A stretch of 64,000 bases of DNA from a virus. Its lineage: Duplodnaviria; Caudoviricetes. The DNA lies in the IMG/VR virus record IMGVR_UViG_3300023218_000003, positions 1 to 64,000 of that record; one strand, 5' to 3'. The notes below the pieces were generated by a model. It did no database searches. It was not told where the DNA came from and saw only the letters and a program-made list of their open reading frames with translations. Shown here in pieces: positions 1 through 9,574 of this stretch. Every line of letters begins with the position of its first letter. Positions within the stretch are counted from its first letter, which is position 1. The position numbers and the translations under genes were made by a program.

Positions 1-13
1 CAAGCGACACAAC

Positions 14-30
14 AAAAAAAAAAAAAAAAA
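14..30 (+). repeat. A17 homopolymer in the leader of the first gene
   Basis: 17 consecutive A, 12 nt upstream of ATG 43. Confidence 0.9.
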
Positions 31-42
31 CAATACAATACT

Positions 43-1041
43 ATGGCAAAAAAGCGTAGATCACTAGCAGCAACAGGCGACGCAATGGACGACGCCTTCG
101 AACACGAAGAAGAACGTCAAGAACAGCGTGCGCAAGAACGCGCGCAGGGCATCGATCGTGTCTTCAGATTCAGCATCAAGCCGGGAGAAGAAGCAGAAAT
201 CATTCTGCTTGATGAAGACTATCATGACGGCGTCGCGTTCTACGAACATCACATGCGCGACAGTCAGGGCAAGTGGACAGTCTTTCGTCCGTGTGTCAGC
301 GAAGTCGCATCGTGCCCGATCTGTGAAGGCACTGATTCGAAACCCTACTTCGCGATGTATCTGTCGGCGCTTCATCTGAACGCGTATCAGGACAAGAAGA
401 CGAAAGAATGGCGACACAGTCGCGTTCTGCTTCAGATCAAGTCGATCAGCATCCCGACGTTCAAGAAGGTGATGTCTGCGGCGATGAAGAAGCACGGCAC
501 GCTTCGCGGCGTCTGCTTGAATCTTGAACGTCCGAAAGGCGCAGCGACGTCTTCGACACGCATCGGCGAACCCGTCGAATACGAAGACACTGGAACGCGC
601 TTCGATTTCGTCGAAGACCTTGAAGACGAATTCGGTCACGACGCGATCAAAGCGAAAGACGGCACTGTCTTCAAAGAAGCGAACGTCGACATCACTGCGT
701 TCGACTATGAAGCGCTGTTCCCGTTGACGTTCGATGTCGACAAAGCGATCGCTGAACTGAACAAAGAATTCGGTGGCAGCAATTCGCACGAAACGGCTGA
801 CGAAGTCGCGAAAGAATGGGACAGCGACGACGACGACGATGACGCTGAAGATCGCAAGCCCGCGCGCAGTTCGCGCAAGAAGAAGCGTCGCAAAGTCGCA
901 GACGTCGATGACGACGATGACGACATCGACATGTCGCCGCCGAAGCGCAAGTCGAAGTCGACGACGAAGAAGTCGCGCAGTCGCAAAGTCGAAGTCGATG
1001 ACGACGACGAAGCCGAAGGTGACGACGGCGATGACTGGTGA
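43..1041 (+). CDS. Putative single-stranded DNA-binding protein (gp32-like, Zn site, acidic tail)
   Basis: H..CxxC (HH..CPIC), very acidic C-terminus ending DDW, adjacent to helicase/RecA. Confidence 0.6.
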   Translation: MAKKRRSLAATGDAMDDAFEHEEERQEQRAQERAQGIDRVFRFSIKPGEEAEIILLDEDYHDGVAFYEHHMRDSQGKWTVFRPCVSEVASCPICEGTDSKPYFAMYLSALHLNAYQDKKTKEWRHSRVLLQIKSISIPTFKKVMSAAMKKHGTLRGVCLNLERPKGAATSSTRIGEPVEYEDTGTRFDFVEDLEDEFGHDAIKAKDGTVFKEANVDITAFDYEALFPLTFDVDKAIAELNKEFGGSNSHETADEVAKEWDSDDDDDDAEDRKPARSSRKKKRRKVADVDDDDDDIDMSPPKRKSKSTTKKSRSRKVEVDDDDEAEGDDGDDW

Positions 1042-2425
1042 CATCATCATCGATTCGCTTGTGTGGTTTCCTCGCGATCACTTCGATCGCGGGGAAGCTG
1101 CGCAGCATCGCAAGAAGCTGATCGTTCAGCCGCGCGGCTACGGTGACGACACGCCCGCGCCTATCAAGTGCTATGCGAAGACAGACACGCACATCGGATT
1201 CCCGATCGCATACGGTCTGCGCGAACATCGCAAGTCGTCTGTGCGCGAACACATCGACGGCACGACAGCGGGTGATGCGATCACAGTGAAGAACACGCCC
1301 GTCGCGAGAAACGAAGAACAGTGTCGCGTCTGGCTGTCGATGCGCATCTACTTCAAGCGAGACAACGGCAACATCGCTGGCATCATCGAAGCGCCGACAG
1401 GGTTCGGCAAGACTGTGACTGCGTGCAGATTGATCGCAGAGAAGAAACGCGCGACAGCGATCATCGTCACGACGAAGACGCTTGCGAAGCAGTGGCGACA
1501 AGAAGTGAAAAAGCATCTTGGCATCGACGCAGCGATCGTCGGCGGCAAACACGTCGGCGACAAGATGAACGCGAAGGTCGTGATCATCATCGTGCATCAA
1601 CTGTGCATGAAGCGCGAACACAGCGCTGCGTTCTACGATCGATTCGGTGTCGTCGTATGGGACGAAGTTCATCGAATGGGCGCACGTGAATTCAGTCAGT
1701 CGCTGACGAAGTTCAAAGCACGCACGCGACTTGGATTGTCTGCGACGCCCGATCGAAAAGATAATTGCGAACGCGTCTTCTTGAACTATTTCGGCAAGCC
1801 GTTCGTCGTCGCGAAGCAGCAGACGATGCCGTGCGATGTGTGGGTGCTTCCCTTTCAAGTGTCGCCCGCGCTGTCACGCTTTCATCACATGTCGAACGGC
1901 AACACAGCAATGCTGATGACGAAGCTTTCGCAGTTCGATCGAAGAAATGAAATGATCGCAGCGCACACAAAAAAGATGTATAATAAAGAGCGCACAATCT
2001 TGATTCTGTCAGACAGAATCGAACAGCTTGGAATCTTGAAACATCTGCTAGTGAATGAACACGACATCGACGAAGAACAGATCGGCATCATTGCTGGCGA
2101 AGCTTATGATGTCAGCAGCAACACGCGTCGCAAAGTGTCAGATGCTGAAATCGATTTCGCGAAGAATGAAGCGACGATCATTCTTGCGACGTATGGCATG
2201 GCGAAAGAAGGTCTGGACATTCCGCGTCTTGATGCAGGGCTTGACGCAACGCCGCGCGCAGACGGAACGCAAGCACTCGGGCGAATTCGTCGTGCCTGTG
2301 AAGGTAAGAAGCGCCCTGTGTGGTTCACGATCCACGACACGAACATCAACATCGTTTCGAAATACTTTCACGCACGAATGCGAGAATACGAACGGGCAGG
2401 CGCAACACTGAAGAACTATGGCTGA
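1031..2425 (+). CDS. Superfamily 2 DNA helicase (UvsW/XPB-like)
   Basis: APTGFGKT Walker A, DEVH, GLSATP, QALGRIRR; start placed at ATG 1031 overlapping the SSB stop. Confidence 0.9.
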   Translation: MTGDIIIDSLVWFPRDHFDRGEAAQHRKKLIVQPRGYGDDTPAPIKCYAKTDTHIGFPIAYGLREHRKSSVREHIDGTTAGDAITVKNTPVARNEEQCRVWLSMRIYFKRDNGNIAGIIEAPTGFGKTVTACRLIAEKKRATAIIVTTKTLAKQWRQEVKKHLGIDAAIVGGKHVGDKMNAKVVIIIVHQLCMKREHSAAFYDRFGVVVWDEVHRMGAREFSQSLTKFKARTRLGLSATPDRKDNCERVFLNYFGKPFVVAKQQTMPCDVWVLPFQVSPALSRFHHMSNGNTAMLMTKLSQFDRRNEMIAAHTKKMYNKERTILILSDRIEQLGILKHLLVNEHDIDEEQIGIIAGEAYDVSSNTRRKVSDAEIDFAKNEATIILATYGMAKEGLDIPRLDAGLDATPRADGTQALGRIRRACEGKKRPVWFTIHDTNINIVSKYFHARMREYERAGATLKNYG

Positions 2426-2861
2426 CAAAACAAAAAAGCGCGAACGCTATCAGAACGACACAGCGTTTCGCGAACATCTGAAAGACTACGAACGCACACG
2501 CTATCGCGAACAGCACGCTGTCAACGTGCGCGACTGTTCGTCTTCGCTGAAGCGACTGACTGACTTCGGCGAAAAGCGCACAGTCATCGACGGCAGCAGA
2601 CGCAAGACGATCGTCACGTTCAGCACTGACGAAATCGCAGAAGCGATCGAATATCATCCGACGCGCGTGCGACAGTGGCAGGGTGCAGGTAAGTTTCCGA
2701 AGCCGAAGCTACAAGTCGAAGCATCGAAGCTGTGCGTCTACACTCTGAAGCAAGCACGAATGATCGTGTCGACGATGGCGCGTCATCAAGAAACGAATCA
2801 GTATCTGCGCGACGATCACACAGAAACGATCGCGCTGCTTCATCGCGCGATGCACGCTTGA
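2418..2861 (+). CDS. Putative MerR-like HTH DNA-binding protein
   Basis: FSTDEIAEAIEYHPTRVRQWQGAGKFPKP resembles a MerR/excisionase winged HTH. Confidence 0.5.
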   Translation: MADKTKKRERYQNDTAFREHLKDYERTRYREQHAVNVRDCSSSLKRLTDFGEKRTVIDGSRRKTIVTFSTDEIAEAIEYHPTRVRQWQGAGKFPKPKLQVEASKLCVYTLKQARMIVSTMARHQETNQYLRDDHTETIALLHRAMHA

Positions 2862-2896
2862 AAAAATTTTCAATTCAACAACAACAACAGGAACAC

Positions 2897-3238
2897 ATGA
2901 AGAAGAAGAACACACGACGTCGTCTTGTGAAGCTTGAAGGCGACGTTCACGACACAGTCGAAGAACGCGTCAGCGGCGAGAAGACACAGACAGCAGAAAC
3001 GTCTGAACAGATCGAAGCTGATGAAGCAGTCGAAGTCGGCGACGATGAACAGTTCGCTGAAGTCGGCGCTGAATTCAGTCGCACGATCAACACGGGCGAC
3101 TTCACGTCTGTCAGAGTCAGCAGTTACGTTCGCGTCTGCTGCAAGAACACGCCTGACGCGATCAAGAAGCGCGCGCAATGGTGCGAAGACTTCGTCATTC
3201 ATCGCGTCAGTCTGAACGCTGAACCATACATTCGATAA
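2897..3238 (+). CDS. Hypothetical protein
   Basis: ATG after A/C-rich leader, phage-like codon usage. Confidence 0.6.
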   Translation: MKKKNTRRRLVKLEGDVHDTVEERVSGEKTQTAETSEQIEADEAVEVGDDEQFAEVGAEFSRTINTGDFTSVRVSSYVRVCCKNTPDAIKKRAQWCEDFVIHRVSLNAEPYIR

Positions 3239-3241
3239 ACT

Positions 3242-4477
3242 ATGTCACGATCACTGAAACTTGATGATGGCGCTGCACCGAAGAAGAAAGCAGCGAAGAA
3301 GAAAACAGCAGCACGCAAGACGAAGAAGAAAGAAGAAGTCGAACCGAAATCTGAAATCGAAGCGATCGACATGTCGATCGTGAAAGATCGCGGCGAAGGT
3401 CGCTTTCATCTTGCGAACAGTTTGCCGCACACGAAATACATTCCGACAGGCGTCTTCTTGATCGACTTCGCGCTGCTTGGCGGATTCGCTGACGGTCGTG
3501 CGGGTCTGATCTACGGCGTCGAAGGCAGCAGCAAGTCGACGCTGTGGCTTCTGACGTGCGCACAGTTTCACAAGAAGTATCCCGACAAGCACGCGATTCT
3601 TGCAGACGTCGAACACATGTTCGATCGAAATTGGGCCGAAATTGTCGGCGTCGATCTTGAACGTCTGCGTCTGCTTCAGCCCGATCACGGGCAAGAAGCT
3701 GCTGACATGATCATCGCATACATGTCAGCGATCGAAGTCGGGCTTGTCGGCATCGACACGCTTGCTTCGCTTGTGCCGATGCAGATCGATGAACGAAGCG
3801 TCGAAGACTACGGTGTCGGCGAACGTGCGAAGATCATCGGCGACTTCTGTGCGAAAGCACTGAACACATGGTCGCGCGAACGTCGTCGTGATCACGACGT
3901 CACAGTGCTGAACGTGAATCAGTTTCGTGACAAGATGAACGCGTCGAAGTTCGAAGACCCGAAGAAGCTTCCCGGTGGCTGGCAAGCGAACTATTTCCCG
4001 AAGATCAAGATTCAGATGAAGCAGCGCAAGATTGCGCTCGATCGTGGGCCGAAGAAAGGCATCCCGCTTCACAATCTTTGCACGTTTCGAATCGCGAAAG
4101 AAAAAGGCGGCACGCTTCAGTCAAGCGAATTCATGATCAACTTGAATGAAGATCACGAATTCGGTCTGCCGATCGGTGCAGTCGACGACTATCTGACAGT
4201 CGCGACATACGCGAAGCGCGAAGGTCTGATCACTGGCGGCGGCGCGTCATGGTATGTTAACGGCATCGACACGAAGTTCAGAAAGCGTGACGACATCATC
4301 GCGATGCTTGTCGAAGAACCCGAAGAATTCGTTCGACTGAAGCAGAAGATTCTGATCCGAAAACGCGTCGAACTGAACATGCCCGCGTTGCCGCCCGATG
4401 ACTATCTTCTTGGCGAATGCGATCAGTCGATTGTCGACGAAGCGCTTGAAGCAGAGTCAGTCAAAGACGATGACTGA
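3242..4477 (+). CDS. recA: RecA/UvsX-like recombinase
   Basis: IPTGVFLIDFALLGG, GVEGSSKST Walker A, DVEH, IDTLASLVP, NQFRDK, PGG. Confidence 0.9.
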   Translation: MSRSLKLDDGAAPKKKAAKKKTAARKTKKKEEVEPKSEIEAIDMSIVKDRGEGRFHLANSLPHTKYIPTGVFLIDFALLGGFADGRAGLIYGVEGSSKSTLWLLTCAQFHKKYPDKHAILADVEHMFDRNWAEIVGVDLERLRLLQPDHGQEAADMIIAYMSAIEVGLVGIDTLASLVPMQIDERSVEDYGVGERAKIIGDFCAKALNTWSRERRRDHDVTVLNVNQFRDKMNASKFEDPKKLPGGWQANYFPKIKIQMKQRKIALDRGPKKGIPLHNLCTFRIAKEKGGTLQSSEFMINLNEDHEFGLPIGAVDDYLTVATYAKREGLITGGGASWYVNGIDTKFRKRDDIIAMLVEEPEEFVRLKQKILIRKRVELNMPALPPDDYLLGECDQSIVDEALEAESVKDDD

Positions 4478-5019
4478 TGTCGTCTGTCGATGAATTCTAT
4501 GACACAGTCGAGAAGGGGAAGAAAGACCCGTCACTGTGTTGCGTGAAGTTCTGTCGCAACAGACGCGCAGGGCGACACAGACTGTGCAACGGGCATCGCA
4601 TGGCGAAGTGGCGCGCAGAGAATCCGATACGATCACAGTTCGACACACTGCGCGACAGCGCACGAAGACGACGCATCGAATTCACTGTGACGTTCGAACA
4701 GTTCAAGAAGCTGTGTCACGACACGAACTATCACGAAGAATGCGGCTGCGAATCACACTGTCTTCAGATCGATCGAATCGACGCAGCGCGCGGCTACAGC
4801 ATCGACAACATTCAAGTCATCACAACATCAGAGAACACAGCGAAAGGCAATCGTGAACGACATGCGCGCGAGTATCAGCGCGCGCTTCTGAAGCGCAAAG
4901 GTCTGACAGATGAACAGATCGATGAAATCGTTCCGCGTGACGATGAAGTGTCAGACGCTGACGACTCTGAATTCTACGGCAAGCCGTTGCCCGAAGTCGA
5001 CGATGACTTGCCGTTTTGA
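4477..5019 (+). CDS. HNH/His-Me finger endonuclease-like protein
   Basis: IDRIDAARGYSIDNIQVITTSENTAKG motif, N-terminal Cys/His cluster. Confidence 0.65.
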   Translation: MSSVDEFYDTVEKGKKDPSLCCVKFCRNRRAGRHRLCNGHRMAKWRAENPIRSQFDTLRDSARRRRIEFTVTFEQFKKLCHDTNYHEECGCESHCLQIDRIDAARGYSIDNIQVITTSENTAKGNRERHAREYQRALLKRKGLTDEQIDEIVPRDDEVSDADDSEFYGKPLPEVDDDLPF

Positions 5020-5036
5020 TTCATTACTGTGAACAC

Positions 5037-5393
5037 ATGGGCATTGCGAAACGAAAGAAAGACAGAAAGTGCAGCGCGTCGCACGTGCGATCGCCGAAAG
5101 CAGAACGTGAACGCGCGAAGCTGATCGGCGGTGAAGTCGTGCGCGGAAGCGGCAGCGGCAAGTGGGAAAAAGGCGACGTGCGCAAGCGCGGCGTTCTTCG
5201 ACTTGAACACAAGACGACAGACAAGCAGTCGTTCAGCGTGACGCGAAAGATGGTCAGAAAGATCGAAGCTGCTGCGCTATCGGGTGACGAACTTCCCGTG
5301 ATCGAAATCGAATTCAACGACGACGGCAAGAAAGTGATGTCGTGCTGCGTCGTTCCGACTTACGTTCTGGAAATGATCGAACTGATCGAATGA
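5037..5393 (+). CDS. Holliday junction resolvase-like PD-(D/E)xK nuclease
   Basis: GSGSG..KGDV..LEHKTT..SFSV pattern of Hjc-like phage resolvases. Confidence 0.7.
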   Translation: MGIAKRKKDRKCSASHVRSPKAERERAKLIGGEVVRGSGSGKWEKGDVRKRGVLRLEHKTTDKQSFSVTRKMVRKIEAAALSGDELPVIEIEFNDDGKKVMSCCVVPTYVLEMIELIE

Positions 5394-6250
5394 AGAACTT
5401 CAAACGCAGACGACAAATCAGCTTCGACTTCCCGCAGATCGAAGATCACGAATCACATGTCGACATCGATCTTGTCGGCATCATCAGAAGTGCTGACGCG
5501 CAGCCTGACAGATCGCGTGACGGCGGTGAATTGATTCACGTGTCGAACATCATCGGCGACTTCTGCCCGCGTCGTGAATGGCTGAAGCGCGAAATCGGAT
5601 ACGACGTGCCGCGAACCGTGAACGGCGCGATGCGCATCGTGTGGGCACTTGGGCGCGCTGCTGAACTTCACGTTCGCGAACAGCTTCTGACGCGACTTCG
5701 CGGCAACGCGTTCGGAAGATGGGGATGCGATCGCTGTTCTGCGATCGAAGAAGTCGCGCGACGCTATCACTTCAAGCAGTGCGAATGCGGCGGCAAGTTC
5801 GATCGCTATCACGAAGCGCAGATCATCGACGAAGAAAGCGGCGTCACGGGCAGCGCTGACTTCATCTGGATTCATCGCGGCTTCTTCAACGTCGTCGAAA
5901 TCAAGTCGATGGTGAAGCACGACTTCGAAGCACTGAAGAAGTGCAAAGCAGATCACATGAATCAGGCAGAATTCTATCGCTGGATTCTTCATCGCAACGG
6001 TCACGAAGTTCATCGTGCTGATGTCATCGTCGTCGCGAAAGACTACGTGAACGAATCGCCCTACAAGATGTTCAGCAGCGAACGTGTCGCGACAGCGCGA
6101 CCGACGATCGTCAGTGCGACGAAGTCTGATGTCGAACTTGCGCGCGGCGATGAACTGCCGGATCGTGTCGCGCAGTGCGCGTCGCCCGACTCCCCGCGTG
6201 CGAAGATTTGTGACGCGTGCAGTCTGTGCTTCAACATGCCTTCGAACTGA
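5390..6250 (+). CDS. Cas4-like PD-(D/E)xK exonuclease
   Basis: CPRR, G..AE..V, GSAD..EIKS, QAEFY, C-terminal Cys cluster (Fe-S like). Confidence 0.75.
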   Translation: MKNFKRRRQISFDFPQIEDHESHVDIDLVGIIRSADAQPDRSRDGGELIHVSNIIGDFCPRREWLKREIGYDVPRTVNGAMRIVWALGRAAELHVREQLLTRLRGNAFGRWGCDRCSAIEEVARRYHFKQCECGGKFDRYHEAQIIDEESGVTGSADFIWIHRGFFNVVEIKSMVKHDFEALKKCKADHMNQAEFYRWILHRNGHEVHRADVIVVAKDYVNESPYKMFSSERVATARPTIVSATKSDVELARGDELPDRVAQCASPDSPRAKICDACSLCFNMPSN

Positions 6251-6680
6251 TGATCGTTGGAATCATGCAGAACATGTGGTCGAGCGACCCTGACAAAGTG
6301 CAGCAGATTGTCGATCAGTGGCGCGCACGCTGTTCGGCGGCTGCGTCACAGGCAAACGCTTGAAGAAGTATCTTGGCGAATACATGTGTTATCGAATCAG
6401 ATTTGATGAAGCAAGCGAGACGATTACGCGTCATGCGTCAGGATGCCCACCGGCAGATGTCGATCACATCAAGCGTGTGATCGAACATGCGAACAAAGCA
6501 AGCAGTGGCGTGACGCATGTCATCGCATTCGGAAAGATCGCAGCACAGGGCTTGTCGATGATCGATGACGACTTCGCGAAGATTGAAGTGATTCATCCTG
6601 CTGCGCGTAATGTCGATCGCGTGAAAAAAGAATTGATCGCGTTGAAGCGACGACTTGAACCTAGACGAATCAAACTATGA
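6250..6680 (+). pseudogene. Frameshifted uracil-DNA glycosylase-like phage protein
   Basis: MIVGIMQNMW.. from ATG 6250 and ..TLFGGCVTGKRL..VIAFGKIA..HPAAR in another frame, joined at GCGCGC 6321-6326. Confidence 0.55.
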
Positions 6681-7054
6681 CGCCGACGAATCGAACCGTT
6701 CACTTTCTCGCTGATCGCGGCGTGCGCTGCGGCAACGTCGAACGACACGTTCATCAAGTTCGCAAGCGATACGATCTGTTCGGCTTCATCGACGCGATTG
6801 CGATCTATCCCGACACGATTGCCGGTCTTCAGATCACGTCAGGTTCGAACGTGTCGTCGCGCGTCGACAAGATCATGAACGAACGACGCGAAGCGTGCGA
6901 AGACTTCATGCGTGTCGGCATCGTCGAAGTGTGGGGCTGGCGCAAGCTGTCGCCGCGCGGCACGAAAGCAGTGCGCTGGAAGCCGCGCGTCATGCGCGCT
7001 TCGATGTCGCGCGGTCAGATCATCTGGCACGAAGTCGACGCTGACACGATCTGA
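6677..7054 (+). CDS. PD-(D/E)xK nuclease-like protein
   Basis: DLFGFIDAIAI..GLQITS..VEVWGWRK. Confidence 0.6.
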   Translation: MTPTNRTVHFLADRGVRCGNVERHVHQVRKRYDLFGFIDAIAIYPDTIAGLQITSGSNVSSRVDKIMNERREACEDFMRVGIVEVWGWRKLSPRGTKAVRWKPRVMRASMSRGQIIWHEVDADTI

Positions 7055-7061
7055 AATCGAT

Positions 7062-7077
7062 TTGAAAAAATTTTCAA
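7062..7077. promoter_or_regulatory. TTGAAA-N4-TTTCAA palindrome (representative of 15 copies)
   Basis: Copies at 2858 (N5), 7062, 8142, 11459, 19120, 21391, 23224, 26410, 30576, 35778, 37607, 41448, 43765, 50475, 62112. Confidence 0.8.
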
Positions 7078-7085
7078 ATCTGCTG

Positions 7086-7114
7086 TTGACGATTGAACAA
7101 GAATGCACGATGAT
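7086..7114 (+). promoter_or_regulatory. Early/middle promoter-like element TTGACG-N6-CAAGAAT-N4-GATGAT
   Basis: -35/17 nt/-10-like spacing; related copies at 9541, 12786, 20994, 21425, 28578, 39561, 41482, 62146. Confidence 0.6.
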
Positions 7115-7162
7115 CGTCTTGTCAGCGCGAGAAGCGCACATCAAACATCAACATCACATCAC

Positions 7163-7384
7163 ATGAAAAACATCATCAAGATCATCGACGGCGACGCACT
7201 TCAGAACTACGACGTCAGCGTCTTCAGCGGCAAGCGAATCGAATCAGTCGAAATTTTCGCTGATCGCGGAGACGATCACTTCTTTCAGTTCAACTTCGTC
7301 GACGGCGACAACAGCATCTGGCACGAAAACAGCAGCATCGTCGAACAGTTCGTCGGTGGATTCGAAGTCGTCATCGAAGCTTGA
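7163..7384 (+). CDS. Hypothetical protein
   Basis: ATG after CATCAACATCACATCAC leader. Confidence 0.6.
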   Translation: MKNIIKIIDGDALQNYDVSVFSGKRIESVEIFADRGDDHFFQFNFVDGDNSIWHENSSIVEQFVGGFEVVIEA

Positions 7385-7410
7385 TCACTGACATCAACAC
7401 ATCACATCAC

Positions 7411-8145
7411 ATGAAGATTCATCAGATTCACGGCAAGAACAGCTACTGCGGCCCGTCTGCGATCAGCCCGATCACGGGCTACAGCAGCGACGACGCAGCG
7501 ACTGTGCTGCGAAGCTTGAACGGCAGACGCGCGATCAAAGGCGCGTCGCAGTGGGACGTTCGCTGTGCGCTTCACGCGTTCGGCGTCGACTCGACTGAAA
7601 TCTACAACGCGCCGCGCGGCAAGGGCATCACGCTTGCGCAGTGGCTGAAGCAGTCAGTCGAAGATCGCAAAGCGGGCGTCGTCTTCTTGATCGTCGCAGG
7701 CTGGCACTATCAAGTCGTCTGCGGACGAAAAGCGACGTGCGGACGCATTCGCGAAATCGTCAGCGTGCGCGACAAGTCGCTGAAGCGTCGTTCGCGTGTC
7801 AGTCAAGTCTATCGTCTTTCGATGCGCGGCAATCGCATTCAGAAGCCGTCAGCGCTGAAGCAGCGAGACGAAGCGCGCAAGCAGCGCACTGTCGACCCCG
7901 AACGCGCAGCGTATTCGAAAGCGCGACGACTCGCGAAGCAGCACGACTTCACGATCGACATCGACAGCGGCGGCTATGACGCGCCGACGCATTACTGGGT
8001 TTTCGCAGACGATGCGACTGAAGCGCGCGCAGACTATCCGTGGGAAGGCGATCACATCTGCTGCGACTGGTGCGACGTGCTTCGACGCATCGAAGACATC
8101 ATCGAATTCAAGAAGAACACGTGCGATCGTCGCATCGAACTTTGA
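7411..8145 (+). CDS. Hypothetical protein with papain/C39-like Cys-His motifs
   Basis: YCGPSAIS and IVAGWHYQVV. Confidence 0.4.
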   Translation: MKIHQIHGKNSYCGPSAISPITGYSSDDAATVLRSLNGRRAIKGASQWDVRCALHAFGVDSTEIYNAPRGKGITLAQWLKQSVEDRKAGVVFLIVAGWHYQVVCGRKATCGRIREIVSVRDKSLKRRSRVSQVYRLSMRGNRIQKPSALKQRDEARKQRTVDPERAAYSKARRLAKQHDFTIDIDSGGYDAPTHYWVFADDATEARADYPWEGDHICCDWCDVLRRIEDIIEFKKNTCDRRIEL

Positions 8146-8268
8146 AACAATTTTCAAAAAACAATTTCATTCGTCGGCGACTCGTTTAGATTTGTCGTCG
8201 ACGAAAGAAGAACGACGCGAACTGCGTCATCATCATCGAACAAAGAACAACACACATCGAAGAAGAAC

Positions 8269-9471
8269 ATGAAAGTGAATGACATCGTGAAATACGTCGG
8301 AGAAGAATCCGACGAAATCCCATTCAAGCAGGGCGATCTTGTCTTGCTGAAACGCGAAGAAGCTGAAGGCTATGCCGCAGTGCCCTTCGACAAGCCGAAG
8401 TCGAAAGAAGCGACGCTTGTCTACCCGAACGAAGTCGAAGAAATCGACGAAGACGAACTGGAAGCGGCGCGCGACGAAGCAGAGAAGAACGCAGACGAAG
8501 ACGCTGCTGAAGCTGAAGCGCAGAAGAAGAAGCAGGCAGCAGCAGAGAAGAACGCAGACGAAGACGCTGCTGAAGCTGAAGCGCAGAAGAAGAAGCAGGC
8601 AGCAGCAGAGAAGAACGCAGACGAAGACGCTGCTGAAGCTGAAGCGCAGAAGAAGACCGCTGCGAAGAAGAAGACGACGCCCGCGAAGAACGCGTCGACC
8701 CGCAAGACGCAGAAGTCTTCGACTGCGAAGAAGAAGCAACCCGCGAAGAAGACTGCTGCGAAGAAGACCGCTGCGACGTCGAAGAAGAACGACGCTGACA
8801 GCGGCGAAGAAGAAGTGAAGCTGACGATGACGAAAGAAGTCAAAGCAGCGCTGCGCGGCAAGGGCGCAGTTCGTGCAGCACGCGATCTGATCGCGCAGGG
8901 CACGATCAGCGACTTCACGCTTGGCGGTGTTCTCGCGAAGATCGCTGCTGATCGCGACTTCGAAAAAGAGAAAGACCCGGAGACGGGCGAGAACTTCGAA
9001 GGTCGCAAAGGCTTCGAATCGTTCATCGAACGCGATCTTGGCATTCGCTATCGCAAAGCGCAGTGGCTGATCGAATTCTACACGACGTTCAGCAAAGCGG
9101 GCGTCGATCCGAAGAAGCTTGCGAAAGCGAAGTATTCGAAGATCAAAGAAGTTCTGGCGATCGTGCGCGAGAAGCCCGAAGAAGCCGAAGAATGGATCGA
9201 CAAGGCGAACAGCAGCAAGTTCGAAGAACTGAAAGAAGAAGCGCGTCGCTACGAACGCAAGATCGACATCGTCAAGATGGCGCGTGGCAAGAACGACCCG
9301 ACGATGGTCAGCTACAAGTTCAAAGTCTTCAACAAGCAGGCGAAGAACGTCGACGAAGCGATCGAAAAAGCGAAAGAAGTCATCGAATTCAACGACGACG
9401 ACAGCGAAGAACAGCAGAACGCGAAAGCGATCTATCACATCTTCAGCGAATGGCTTCAGCTTCAGGGCTGA
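8269..9471 (+). CDS. Putative DNA-binding protein with acidic repeats and histone H1-like Lys/Ala tract
   Basis: AAKK-rich tract, 21-aa repeats, helical C-terminal domain. Confidence 0.6.
   Translation: MKVNDIVKYVGEESDEIPFKQGDLVLLKREEAEGYAAVPFDKPKSKEATLVYPNEVEEIDEDELEAARDEAEKNADEDAAEAEAQKKKQAAAEKNADEDAAEAEAQKKKQAAAEKNADEDAAEAEAQKKTAAKKKTTPAKNASTRKTQKSSTAKKKQPAKKTAAKKTAATSKKNDADSGEEEVKLTMTKEVKAALRGKGAVRAARDLIAQGTISDFTLGGVLAKIAADRDFEKEKDPETGENFEGRKGFESFIERDLGIRYRKAQWLIEFYTTFSKAGVDPKKLAKAKYSKIKEVLAIVREKPEEAEEWIDKANSSKFEELKEEARRYERKIDIVKMARGKNDPTMVSYKFKVFNKQAKNVDEAIEKAKEVIEFNDDDSEEQQNAKAIYHIFSEWLQLQG
8479..8655 (+). repeat. Exact 63-bp tandem repeat, about 2.8 copies (AEKNADEDAAEAEAQKKKQAA)
   Basis: Units start at 8479, 8542, 8605. 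Confidence 0.95.
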
Positions 9472-9499
9472 CGCACTTCGTCGACTGACTTTCGATCAC

Positions 9500-9538
9500 G
9501 AAGCGCGTCGTCTGTAACAGGGCGGCGCGCTTTTCTTT
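9500..9538 (+). terminator. Rho-independent terminator
   Basis: AAGCGCGTCGTCTG / CAGGGCGGCGCGCTT stem followed by TTTTCTTT. Confidence 0.75.
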
Positions 9539-9574
9539 CGATCGCGATCAGTCAAGAATGTGCTACATTACAAC

